NCBI GenBank assembly: GCA_963665295.1
Contig: OY762209.1
Location: forward strand, 2,528,001-2,592,000
DNA length: 64,000 nucleotides
From: Syntrophorhabdaceae bacterium
GTDB lineage: Bacteria; Desulfobacterota; Syntrophorhabdia; Syntrophorhabdales; Syntrophorhabdaceae
Direction of reading: 5' to 3'
The position numbers and the translations under genes were made by a program. The first letter of the stretch is position 1. Every line of letters starts with the position of its first letter. Under the pieces are notes generated by a model. That model searched no databases and had not been told where the DNA came from. It was given only the letters and a program-made list of their open reading frames with translations. Shown here in pieces: positions 30,261 through 39,530 of the stretch.

Positions 30261-30495
30261 TTAACGCTGGGTCAAATCGGCACACGAGTTTGTCAGAGCG
30301 ATCACGGTTACCGGTTTTCCTTCGTACGAATTTGACGACACCACACTCTGCCCTTAACTCTATACTCTCAGGCACACTCATAAACTGTGTCCGCAGGACA
30401 GCTCTTTTGTGAGGCAAGCCCGAGCGGACAGCGCGAGGGTCTGTAGCCGCGGACTACCTGTGGGCCGTTTCCATGACCGCCTTGGCCTTCCCCTC

Positions 30496-32613
30496 TCAGA
30501 AGCTGTACCGGACTCCGGCAAAGAAGGTCCTTCCCGCCTGAGGGTACCCGTTCTGATACTGGTAGCTTCGGTTAAAGAGGTTGTTCACCCCGCCTTCGAG
30601 GATAAAGTTCTTCATTGCCTCATACATGACTTTTCCATTCGCGACGGCTGCGGGGCCCGATTCGTTGACCCCGTCGCTCGTGGTGGTCCGGCTGGAGGTA
30701 TATTCAAAGGTCCCGAGGACACTCAAGCCCGTGAGCGGTGTCCGGTATTTCATGTTCGCGAAGACCTTATGGGCCGGCACATCCGTGAGCCTGACATAGG
30801 CGCCTGAAGACCTGTCGTTGCACCTGTTGAGATAGGTGTAGTTGAGTCCGCCGTCCACGTTGTCCGTGATGGCGAAGTCCCCCTGCAACTCCAGGCCGTA
30901 CTGCTGCACGCGACCCACGTTCTGGTTCTGGTTTACGTACTTGTTCCACCCCGCCTGACCATAGTAGGGGTTGAGCACGGTCACCTGTTGAATGGCGTCG
31001 CTGATGTCGTTCCGGAATAGGGCGCTCTTGAGGCGCACTTTCTTTTTAAGGAAGAAGTCTTCGTAGCCTATCTCGTAGTTGACGGCCTGCTCCGCCCTCA
31101 AAGAGGGGTTGTCGATGGTCTTCCCCATGCTCCAGGAATACCTCTCCTTCATGGTGGGAAACCGCGTCTTCTCTTCCGCCGTCACGTGGACGATGCCTGT
31201 GTCCGTGATCCTGTAGAAGAGGCCGAGTTGCGGGTTTACCTTGCTTGTGGTATCGGTGGGGAAGTAACGCCAGCCCACCCACCCCGTGCCCAGGACGGGG
31301 TCGGTCGTCGCTTTCACCCACTTCTTGGCCCTGAGGCCTTCCATCCTGTCGTAGCTCAGCCCTGCGATGGCGTAGAGCTTCTTCGTGAAATCGACCGTAT
31401 CCTGGAGTCCCGCCGAAAGGGTCAGGTCGTCGTCGGGCGTCCACGGCGGAGAGATGTAGGCGTTGCCGCCCACATGGCTTGTATTCATGACCGACGTCGT
31501 CTCTTTGTGACTGTCCCGTTTATAGTGAAAGGACATTCTGATGTCGTTGCAAGGGACCAGTCTTGTTCCCGCTTCAACGGAGCCGCCGATGGTGTAGTCG
31601 TCGTAATAACTTCTCTGACCCCAGGAGTTGTTGTACTGGGCCCACGCGTTGTTGTTGGGCATGAAATAGTCTAGCCAATTTTCGAACCTGTCGTAGTAGA
31701 ACCTTGTTTTCATGTAGCTTTTGTCCCTGATGGGGGTGAGGGATGTGAAATAGTAGCTGTCTTTGTCCCATCGCGGCCATAGCCACCGGTTCGTATTGCT
31801 GTAAGGGTCGGTGGAGAGCCTCGCATCGGGGGGTCCGCCCTTCGAGGCTTCCTGTTTTATCCAGCCGAAGACGTACTCATGGCCCTCCCAAGGGGTGAGG
31901 CCGACCTTGAGGTTTACCCGTGCGTCCTGAGAATCGGAGTGGGTCCGCCCGTTGCCTGATTGGTTCCTTGTGGAGGTGAAGCCGTCCGCCACGGGATAAT
32001 AGGTCTGGTTCATGTAGGACAGACCTCCCTGGATATACCATTTATCCTGTTTGCTCCCCAGGTTGGCGTATCCGTAATACCGGTTGCCCGTGCCGTAGCC
32101 CGCGCCGGTAGCGGCCTCGAAGGTCTTCACGGGCCGCCTGGATACCATGTTGATCGCGCCTCCCATGGTGTTAGGACCATAAAGGACGGATGTAAACCCC
32201 TTTGTCACGATTATCTCCGAAAGGTCGAAGGTGGTGAACCGGTCGAAGTCGAAGTTCCTGTCGTAAGGCAGATAGACGGGAATGCCGTCCATGAATACGG
32301 GTACACGGGAGACACTGAATCCCCGTACATACATCCACGTCTCATTCCTGTTTCCTCCCCTGCTCAAGATTACCCCGGGAAGCAGATTGAGGGCGTCGGG
32401 CAACCGGTCCAGACTATAGTCCCGCATCTCCTGCGATTCCACCTTGTCGCTCGTCACATATCTGCTTACCTCCCGGTTGTCCCGGATCTCTATTTCTCCC
32501 AGGGTGAATACTCCCGTGTCGGCCGCCGGTGCTCCACGGATAACTCCCGGACCGCATGTGAAGCATATTGCCCAGAAGAGAACGCAGATTCGCCTTATCA
32601 GATGATTTCCCAT
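30496..32613 (-). CDS. TonB-dependent outer-membrane receptor
   Basis: Signal peptide, TonB-box-like TLGEIEI, plug (LPGV...VRGF...DGIP, LYGPNTMGGAIN), NLFNRSY and C-terminal aromatic motif GVRYSF. Confidence 0.93.
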   Translation of the reverse strand: MGNHLIRRICVLFWAICFTCGPGVIRGAPAADTGVFTLGEIEIRDNREVSRYVTSDKVESQEMRDYSLDRLPDALNLLPGVILSRGGNRNETWMYVRGFSVSRVPVFMDGIPVYLPYDRNFDFDRFTTFDLSEIIVTKGFTSVLYGPNTMGGAINMVSRRPVKTFEAATGAGYGTGNRYYGYANLGSKQDKWYIQGGLSYMNQTYYPVADGFTSTRNQSGNGRTHSDSQDARVNLKVGLTPWEGHEYVFGWIKQEASKGGPPDARLSTDPYSNTNRWLWPRWDKDSYYFTSLTPIRDKSYMKTRFYYDRFENWLDYFMPNNNAWAQYNNSWGQRSYYDDYTIGGSVEAGTRLVPCNDIRMSFHYKRDSHKETTSVMNTSHVGGNAYISPPWTPDDDLTLSAGLQDTVDFTKKLYAIAGLSYDRMEGLRAKKWVKATTDPVLGTGWVGWRYFPTDTTSKVNPQLGLFYRITDTGIVHVTAEEKTRFPTMKERYSWSMGKTIDNPSLRAEQAVNYEIGYEDFFLKKKVRLKSALFRNDISDAIQQVTVLNPYYGQAGWNKYVNQNQNVGRVQQYGLELQGDFAITDNVDGGLNYTYLNRCNDRSSGAYVRLTDVPAHKVFANMKYRTPLTGLSVLGTFEYTSSRTTTSDGVNESGPAAVANGKVMYEAMKNFILEGGVNNLFNRSYQYQNGYPQAGRTFFAGVRYSF

Positions 32614-32714
32614 ATCGACCTCAGTTGGATTGTGACCCCCACCGCCGTACTGAATGGTCGTCCGCCCTTATCCGGCCCATTCCCGGCAATCGTTGCGAGC
32701 GCATCCTTGTGATG

Positions 32715-32749
32715 ATCGTTATATATCAAGAAAGATAACGCCATGTCAA
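32715..32749 (-). promoter_or_regulatory. Receptor promoter (TTGACA-N18-TATATA) overlapped by a ModE-like box
   Basis: ATCGTTATATA-TCAAGA-AAGATAACGCC at 32715-32742; -35 at 32744-32749 on the minus strand. Confidence 0.65.
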
Positions 32750-32966
32750 TCATTTCCAAAATCTCCCGAACCGGCCGACGGGGCACACGCATGGCGACGA
32801 CCCTTTTGATTCAGGTATGTGCAGCGCTATCGACCTTGGATATGGAACATACCGAATGCCCCGATTTCCGGAAAATTTTCTGACGGGATGTATCGCATAA
32901 AATACGATAACACCTCAAATAACGCACACATAGGACGCATTTTGGCACTATCCGGCACAAAAATAC

Positions 32967-33028
32967 TTGACAGCGTTATCGTGAGTAATATACAACGCAG
33001 CTACCGTTGGCTCTTATTATATACAACG
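32967..33028 (+). promoter_or_regulatory. Promoter overlapped by two ModE-like boxes (second arm)
   Basis: TTGACA 32967-32972; CGTT-N16-AACG at 32974-32997 and 33005-33028. Confidence 0.62.
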
Positions 33029-33222
33029 GGAACATGTGACGACCCTAAAGTCCGACCGGAAGGTCCGGGCGGTAGAGTTTCGCCGGACGTGCCTTAGCGA
33101 CCCGTGAACCTGCAGTCTCATACATGGATCCCCCTGACGCGGGACCGACCGGAAGAGAAACCGGCGGTTCTCACCCATGAGGAGGAAGTTGTGGTGTCTC
33201 AAAAGGATAGAAGAGGAAAGGG

Positions 33223-36207
33223 ATGAGGAAGGAATCGGAACACTGCCGAAGAAGACACGTCACCATGGCCATATGGTTTTTCACGACATGCCTTCTCATT
33301 GCATCAATCCCCGTACATGCAAAAACAAAAGACCTTCTTGAGTTCAACTCCGGAAGCCATGTCCTGGGCTTTTCCTCCGGGTCCATGTACATGGCCTCCG
33401 GCACCCATGTGCTGAAGGTAGAGTTCGTGGGAGGGAAGTCGGTAGTCCCCGTCTCCAGGGAGGGACTCTCCTCCGATGGGAAGGCCCCTCCCTGGAGCAA
33501 GGTAACCTATCCGAACATATGGGACGGAGTGGACATCGTCTATGAAGGAGCCAAAGGCTCCATCGTGAAGTCTACCTATACGGTGGCTGCGGGCAAGGCC
33601 CCAGGCTCCATCCGCCTCCGCTATAACAGACCCCTTACCCTCGATAAGAAGGGCAACCTCGTGGTCCGCTACGAAACCGGCACTATCACGGAATCCAAAC
33701 CCATTGCCTGGCAGGTCATAGAAGGAAAGAAGAAACCCGTCATGGTGGCTTACAACCTCTATTCCGAAAAGGAAGTGGGGTTTACGGTAAAGGATTATGA
33801 CACAAGCCTGCCGCTGGTGATAGACCCCTATTTTTCGTGGAACACCTTCCTCGGGGGAAGCGGCACCGATTACGGATACGCCATAGCCGTGGATTCCGGC
33901 GGGAACATCTATGTGGCGGGAGCGAGCAACGCGACGTGGGGGACGAGTCCCGTAAGGGCGTACACCTCGAGCTACGACGCATTTGTCGCAAAACTGACGG
34001 CCGACGGATCACTCGTATGGAACACCTTCCTCGGAGGCGGCAACGCTGATTACAGCCAGGCCTTGACCGTCGATTCGGCGGGCAATGTCTATGTAACGGG
34101 GATCAGCACCGCCACGTGGGGTACGCCGGTAAGGGCTTACTCAGGGCCGGGCTATGACGCCTTCGTCGCGAAACTGACCACCGACGGATCACTCGTGTGG
34201 AACACCTTCCTCGGAGGCGGCAATAATGATTGGGGGAGCGCCATAGCGGTGGACTCGGCGGGCAACGCCTACGTGGCCGGATACGGCGATGACGACTGGG
34301 GTTCGCCGATAAAGGCCTACGCAGGAGGAAAGTATGACGCCTTCGTCGCGAAACTGACCACCGACGGAGCCCTCGCCTGGAACACCTTCCTCGGGGGATA
34401 CGGCGAAGACCACGGGTGCGCCGTTGCTGCCGGTCAGGATGGGAATGTGTATGTAGCGGGTCGCAGCGACGCCTCCTGGGGATCCCCGATAAGGGGTCAC
34501 ACATCAGGCTATGACGCCTTCGTCGCGAAACTGACCACCGACGGAGCCCTCGTGTGGAACACCTTCCTCGGGGGCTACGACAGCGACTGGGCGAACGCAA
34601 TAGCCGTGAGCCTGAAGGATTACGTCTATGTGGCGGGAGACAGCTATGCCTCCTGGGGCTCCCCGATAAGACCCTACACCTATGATCTCGACGCCTTCGC
34701 CGCAAAACTGACAAGTAACGGAGACCTCGTCTGGCACACCTTCCTTGGAGGGAAGGGCGCGGACCGCGGAAAGGGCATAGGCGTGGATTCAAAGGAGAAC
34801 CCCTATATAGTGGGAGACAGCGGCGCCAAATGGGCCTCTCCGATAAGGGCCTATACCGCATCTATCGACGCTTTCGCGGCTGGACTCGACCCGAAGGGCG
34901 CCCTCCTTTGGAACGCGTTCCTTGGAGGAAAGAATACGGACCAGGGGGCCGCAGCGGCCGTCGATTCCATTGGGAACGCATATGTGACCGGCTACAGCGT
35001 TGTCGCATGGGGAGACCCCGTAAGGCCGTACACGGGAAGCAACGACGCCTTCGTCGCGAAGATAGGCTTTTCCGATGCCTTTACCCTTTCCGTCTCCATC
35101 AACGGCGCAGGCTTGGGCTCCGTCATAAGTAATCCCCCAGGCATCGATTGCGGCTCCACCTGCACGGGCTCCTTCTCCCCGGGGGCGTCCGTTACCCTCA
35201 TTGCCACGGCTAACGGCGCCGCCGCTTTTTCCGGGTTCTCCGGGTGTGATTCCACGTCGGGCTCCACCTGTACGGTAGTGATGACTTCGGACAGGGCTGT
35301 GACTGCAGCTTTCAATCTTGGCTGCACCTATACGATCAGCCCGGCCTCCAAGCCCTTCACCTACAAAGGAGGCAGCGCCAATGTCGCGATACAGGCCACC
35401 GGGGCAAGCTGCGCAAGTCCCTTCGTCTATGTGAGTGATACGTGGATCATTCCCGTGATCACTTCATATGCGAATAACAAGGGCGCCATGAAGATCTCCG
35501 TCCTGGCCAACGAGACGGTCACGGAGAGGAGCGGTGCCGTGACCATAGGGGGAAGCACCTTTTACGTTACACAGGCAGGGTCTCCCTGCTCCCTTGCCTC
35601 CATCTCCCCGACGGGCGGCGTCTTTGACCCGGCAGGGGGATCGGGTTCGTTCAACACCACCGCCGTCACCGGTTGTCGATGGAACGTATCGCCATCCGTG
35701 GATTGGCTGATCCCCTTCACCTCGGTAGGGACAGGGATGGACTCCGTTGCCTATACCGTATCGGCGAACAGGACGGGCAAGCAGAGGACCGGGAAGATTA
35801 CCGTATGCCTTGCCGACAACCCGACGAAAAAGAAGGTGTTTACCGTGAAGCAGTCTCCCTGCTCCCTCACTATCGCCCCGACGAGCGACACCTTCACTGC
35901 CGAGGGGGGATCGGACTCGTTTACCGTAACCACTCCCACCGGCTGCCCGTGGAGCGTATCCCCATCGGTGGACTGGCTCACCACTACAACCTCTTCGGGC
36001 AGCGGGCCGGGTTCGGTCTCCTACACGGCCGTGGGGAATACCGGGAAACAGAGAACCGGCAAGATCACCGTCTACCTGAACGACACCCCAACGCAGAAGA
36101 AGGTCTTTACCGTGACGGAAAAGAAAGGAAATAGAGGCGGGCCCATCCCTCCGGGGGACGGGCGCACTTCGAAGATAGATACATTACATGCAAGGAGCGA
36201 GAGATGA
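33223..36207 (+). CDS. Secreted SBBP-repeat beta-propeller protein 6 (paralog of protein 1; C-terminally extended)
   Basis: Same architecture as 9888..12803; the usual TAG at 36132 is out of frame. Confidence 0.9.
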   Translation: MRKESEHCRRRHVTMAIWFFTTCLLIASIPVHAKTKDLLEFNSGSHVLGFSSGSMYMASGTHVLKVEFVGGKSVVPVSREGLSSDGKAPPWSKVTYPNIWDGVDIVYEGAKGSIVKSTYTVAAGKAPGSIRLRYNRPLTLDKKGNLVVRYETGTITESKPIAWQVIEGKKKPVMVAYNLYSEKEVGFTVKDYDTSLPLVIDPYFSWNTFLGGSGTDYGYAIAVDSGGNIYVAGASNATWGTSPVRAYTSSYDAFVAKLTADGSLVWNTFLGGGNADYSQALTVDSAGNVYVTGISTATWGTPVRAYSGPGYDAFVAKLTTDGSLVWNTFLGGGNNDWGSAIAVDSAGNAYVAGYGDDDWGSPIKAYAGGKYDAFVAKLTTDGALAWNTFLGGYGEDHGCAVAAGQDGNVYVAGRSDASWGSPIRGHTSGYDAFVAKLTTDGALVWNTFLGGYDSDWANAIAVSLKDYVYVAGDSYASWGSPIRPYTYDLDAFAAKLTSNGDLVWHTFLGGKGADRGKGIGVDSKENPYIVGDSGAKWASPIRAYTASIDAFAAGLDPKGALLWNAFLGGKNTDQGAAAAVDSIGNAYVTGYSVVAWGDPVRPYTGSNDAFVAKIGFSDAFTLSVSINGAGLGSVISNPPGIDCGSTCTGSFSPGASVTLIATANGAAAFSGFSGCDSTSGSTCTVVMTSDRAVTAAFNLGCTYTISPASKPFTYKGGSANVAIQATGASCASPFVYVSDTWIIPVITSYANNKGAMKISVLANETVTERSGAVTIGGSTFYVTQAGSPCSLASISPTGGVFDPAGGSGSFNTTAVTGCRWNVSPSVDWLIPFTSVGTGMDSVAYTVSANRTGKQRTGKITVCLADNPTKKKVFTVKQSPCSLTIAPTSDTFTAEGGSDSFTVTTPTGCPWSVSPSVDWLTTTTSSGSGPGSVSYTAVGNTGKQRTGKITVYLNDTPTQKKVFTVTEKKGNRGGPIPPGDGRTSKIDTLHARSER

Positions 36208-39200
36208 CAAAAAACCTCAACCATTACCGAAGACGCTTCATGACCCTGTGCTTCTTCATCGTGTGCCTCTGCGCCCTTCTTGCCCCGGCCCATGCGAAGA
36301 CGGCCGACAGGAAGGACCTCTTCCAGTTCACCTCGGGAAACCATGTCCTCGGGTTTCAAAAGGACTCCATGTACCTCGCATCAGGCTCACACATGCTGAA
36401 GGTGGAGTTCGTGGGAGGAAAACCAGCAACTCCCGTCTCGAAGGAAGGACCCTCACCCGACGGGAAGGCCCCGCCCTTGAGCAAGGTAACCTATTCCGAT
36501 ATATGGGACGGGGTGGACATCGTATATGAAAAGGCCAAAGGCTCCATCGTAAAGTCCACCTATATGATAGCCGCGGGAAAAGAGCCCGGCTCTGTCCGGT
36601 TACGCTACAACAGACCTCTTTCGGTCGATAAGAGCGGCAACCTCGTGATCCGCTACGAGACCGGACGCATGACCGAGAGCAAGCCCATTGCCTGGCAGGT
36701 GGTCGAAGGAAAGAAGAAACCCGTCATGGTGGCCTACAACCTCCATTCCGAAAGGGAAGTGGGCTTTACCGCGAGCGATTACGACAAGAACCTCCCGCTG
36801 GTCATCGACCCATCGCTAACCTGGCATACCTTCCTCGGGGGGAGCGGTGACGACAACGGGCAGGGCATTGTCCTGGACTCGAGCGGCAACATCTATGTGA
36901 CGGGTTACAGTACCGCCGCATGGTCGGAGACGCCGGTCAGGGACTACTACGGCTCAGGCACTGATGCCTTTGCCGCCAGGCTGAACCCCGACGGAACCCT
37001 CGCTTGGTACACCTTCCTCGGGGGAAGCAAGACTGACTACGGGTACGTTATAGCCCTGGACTCGAGCGGCCACGTCTATGTGGCGGGGACCAGCTACGGC
37101 ACTTGGGGAGACAACCCGGTCAGGGCCTACACAGGCTCAACCGACATGTACGACGTCTTCGTCGCCAAGCTCAACAGCGACGGCTCCCTTGTCTGGAACA
37201 CCTTCCTCGGGGGAAGCAGCTACGATAGCCCAAACGGCATAACCGTGGATTCGGCCGACAATATCTATGTGGCGGGGAGGAGTATGGCCAAATGGTCGGA
37301 GACCCCGGTCCGGGCCTATACCGCAAGCTACGACGCCTTTGTCGCCAGGCTTAACACCGGTGGTTCCCTCATCTGGCACACCTTTCTCGGAGGAAGCAGC
37401 GTTGATTACGCTTATGGCTTGGTGACGGATTTGGACGGCTACATTTATGTGGTGGGATACGTCAGCGCTGCATGGTCGGAGACTCCGGTCAGGGCCTATA
37501 CCAAAGGCGGGGAAGGCTACGCCGCCAAGCTTAACACCGATGGTTCCCTCATCTGGCACACCTTTCTCGGAGGAAGCGGCACCGATTACGCCTATAACAT
37601 AGCCCTGGATTCGGCCGACAATATCTATGTGACGGGGAGGAGCAACGCCAAATGGTCGGAGACCCCGGTCAGGGCCTATACCAAAGGCTACGACGCCTTT
37701 GTCGCCAGGCTCAACACCGGCGGCTCCCTCGCCTGGTATACTTTTCTCGGAGGAAGCGGTGACGATTACGGATACGGCATAGCAACGGATTTGAGCGGCC
37801 ACATCTATGTGGCAGGACACAGCGCGGCCGGATGGGGGGATCCTGACAGGCCCTATATTTCGGGCATTGACGCCTTTGCCGCCAAGCTCAACTCCAATGG
37901 GTCCATGGTCTGGAACAGCTTTCTCGGGGGGAGCGGCAACGATTATGGGCAGGGGATGGCCCTGGATTCGACCGGCTCCATCTATGTGGTAGGATACAGC
38001 GGGGCCGCATGGCCGGACACCCAGGTCAGGGCCTACTACGGCTCGGGCAACGACGCCTTCGTCGCAATGTTGAACCCTGTAAGTAGTCAGAGTATCTTAG
38101 TCTCCAGGACCGGCACCGGCTCCGGTGCGGTTACGACCGATCCCTCCGGCATCGACTGTGGCTCCACCTGCCTGGCTACATTCCTTGAGGGAACATCCGT
38201 CACCCTCACCGCCAAAGCCGCGACCGGTTCCAACTTCACGGGCTGGAGTGGCGGATGTAGCGGGACCGGCCCCTGCACTGTCACTATGAGTCGGAATATT
38301 ACCGTGTCCGCGGAGTTCACCCTCGAGATCCATACCGTGAACGCAACAGTCGCGAGCGGCCCCGGCACCGTGTCCCCTGCGACGCAAGCGGTGAGCTACG
38401 GATCGTCCGCATCCGTTACGGTGACCCCCAATGAGCATTGCCATATCACCGCGATCACCGACAACGGCCAGCCGGTGACGGGGGCAAGCAAGGGTATGAC
38501 AGCGGGCAGGAAAGGCTCCGCCGCAAAGAAGACGGCCAAGGCAAAGTCAATCGCCTCCGCGGGCCTCACAGGCGCCTTCGTTCCCGGTCCCTACACCTAC
38601 ACGATAGACAGTGTGACCATCGACCATACGGTGGCGGCCACCTTTGATGTCGATACCGAGGCACTGAAGGTCACGAAGACGGGCACGGGAAAAGGCACCC
38701 TTACCGGGACCGCCCTCACCTGCGGGGGCAGCTACTGTTCCTCCGTCTACCTATACGGCGCCACGGTGACCATTACCGCGGCAGCGGATACAGGTTCCAA
38801 ATTCGCGGGCTTCACCGGGTGCGACTCCGTTTCCGGGAACACCTGTACACTCCTCATGACAACGCACAGAGACATCACCGCGAGGTTTACGGGCGATGAC
38901 GACTGCGTCTACACCGTCTCCCCGACGGGCAAGTCCTTCACCTATAAGGGAGGGAGCGTCAGCATCAGCGTCAGGGCCAAGGGAGGGGAGATGTGCGCGA
39001 GCCCCGACGTGTCCGCGAGCGACGCGTGGATAGGGACAAACGTAAGCGCATTCAGGAACAATAAGGGCACACTCAAAATAACGACTCCGGCGAACAATAC
39101 GTCTTCGGAGAGGACCGGGACCGTCACCATTCAAGGTAACCCGTTTGCCGTTGCCCAGGCCGGGGCGCCCTGCTCCCTCACCATCGCCCCGACGGGCGAC

Positions 39201-39443
39201 GCCTTCACCGCCGAGGGGGGATCGGGTTCGTTTACCGTGACCACTCCCACCGGCTGCCCGTGGAGCGTATCCCCATCGGTGGACTGGCTCATCACTACAA
39301 CCTCTTCGGGCAGCGGGCCGGGTTCCGTCTCCTACACGGCCATGGAGAATACAGGGAAACAGAGAACCGGCAAGATCACCGTCTACCTGACCGACACCCC
39401 GACCAAGAAGAAGGTCTTTACCGTGACGGAAAAGAAGAAATAG
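36204..39443 (+). CDS. Secreted SBBP-repeat beta-propeller protein 7 (paralog of protein 2)
   Basis: Same architecture; W(S/T)ETPVRAY blades shared with protein 2. Confidence 0.9.
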   Translation: MTKNLNHYRRRFMTLCFFIVCLCALLAPAHAKTADRKDLFQFTSGNHVLGFQKDSMYLASGSHMLKVEFVGGKPATPVSKEGPSPDGKAPPLSKVTYSDIWDGVDIVYEKAKGSIVKSTYMIAAGKEPGSVRLRYNRPLSVDKSGNLVIRYETGRMTESKPIAWQVVEGKKKPVMVAYNLHSEREVGFTASDYDKNLPLVIDPSLTWHTFLGGSGDDNGQGIVLDSSGNIYVTGYSTAAWSETPVRDYYGSGTDAFAARLNPDGTLAWYTFLGGSKTDYGYVIALDSSGHVYVAGTSYGTWGDNPVRAYTGSTDMYDVFVAKLNSDGSLVWNTFLGGSSYDSPNGITVDSADNIYVAGRSMAKWSETPVRAYTASYDAFVARLNTGGSLIWHTFLGGSSVDYAYGLVTDLDGYIYVVGYVSAAWSETPVRAYTKGGEGYAAKLNTDGSLIWHTFLGGSGTDYAYNIALDSADNIYVTGRSNAKWSETPVRAYTKGYDAFVARLNTGGSLAWYTFLGGSGDDYGYGIATDLSGHIYVAGHSAAGWGDPDRPYISGIDAFAAKLNSNGSMVWNSFLGGSGNDYGQGMALDSTGSIYVVGYSGAAWPDTQVRAYYGSGNDAFVAMLNPVSSQSILVSRTGTGSGAVTTDPSGIDCGSTCLATFLEGTSVTLTAKAATGSNFTGWSGGCSGTGPCTVTMSRNITVSAEFTLEIHTVNATVASGPGTVSPATQAVSYGSSASVTVTPNEHCHITAITDNGQPVTGASKGMTAGRKGSAAKKTAKAKSIASAGLTGAFVPGPYTYTIDSVTIDHTVAATFDVDTEALKVTKTGTGKGTLTGTALTCGGSYCSSVYLYGATVTITAAADTGSKFAGFTGCDSVSGNTCTLLMTTHRDITARFTGDDDCVYTVSPTGKSFTYKGGSVSISVRAKGGEMCASPDVSASDAWIGTNVSAFRNNKGTLKITTPANNTSSERTGTVTIQGNPFAVAQAGAPCSLTIAPTGDAFTAEGGSGSFTVTTPTGCPWSVSPSVDWLITTTSSGSGPGSVSYTAMENTGKQRTGKITVYLTDTPTKKKVFTVTEKKK

Positions 39444-39530
39444 AGACGTGAAGATACGGATAAAGGGGCGGGCCGCGAAGGCCCGCCCCCCTTACACCAT
39501 GAGAAGCGCTCCGGCGCGGAAGGAGGTTAT

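Noticed and set aside
32614..32715. Cobalamin riboswitch ahead of the TonB receptor
   Set aside because: Leader is only ~100 nt and lacks a recognisable B12-box (GCCACTG).
9888..39443. CRISPR array or non-coding repeat array
   Set aside because: Repeats are in-frame coding blades (~177-186 bp) and domain duplications, with no repeat-spacer structure and no cas genes.
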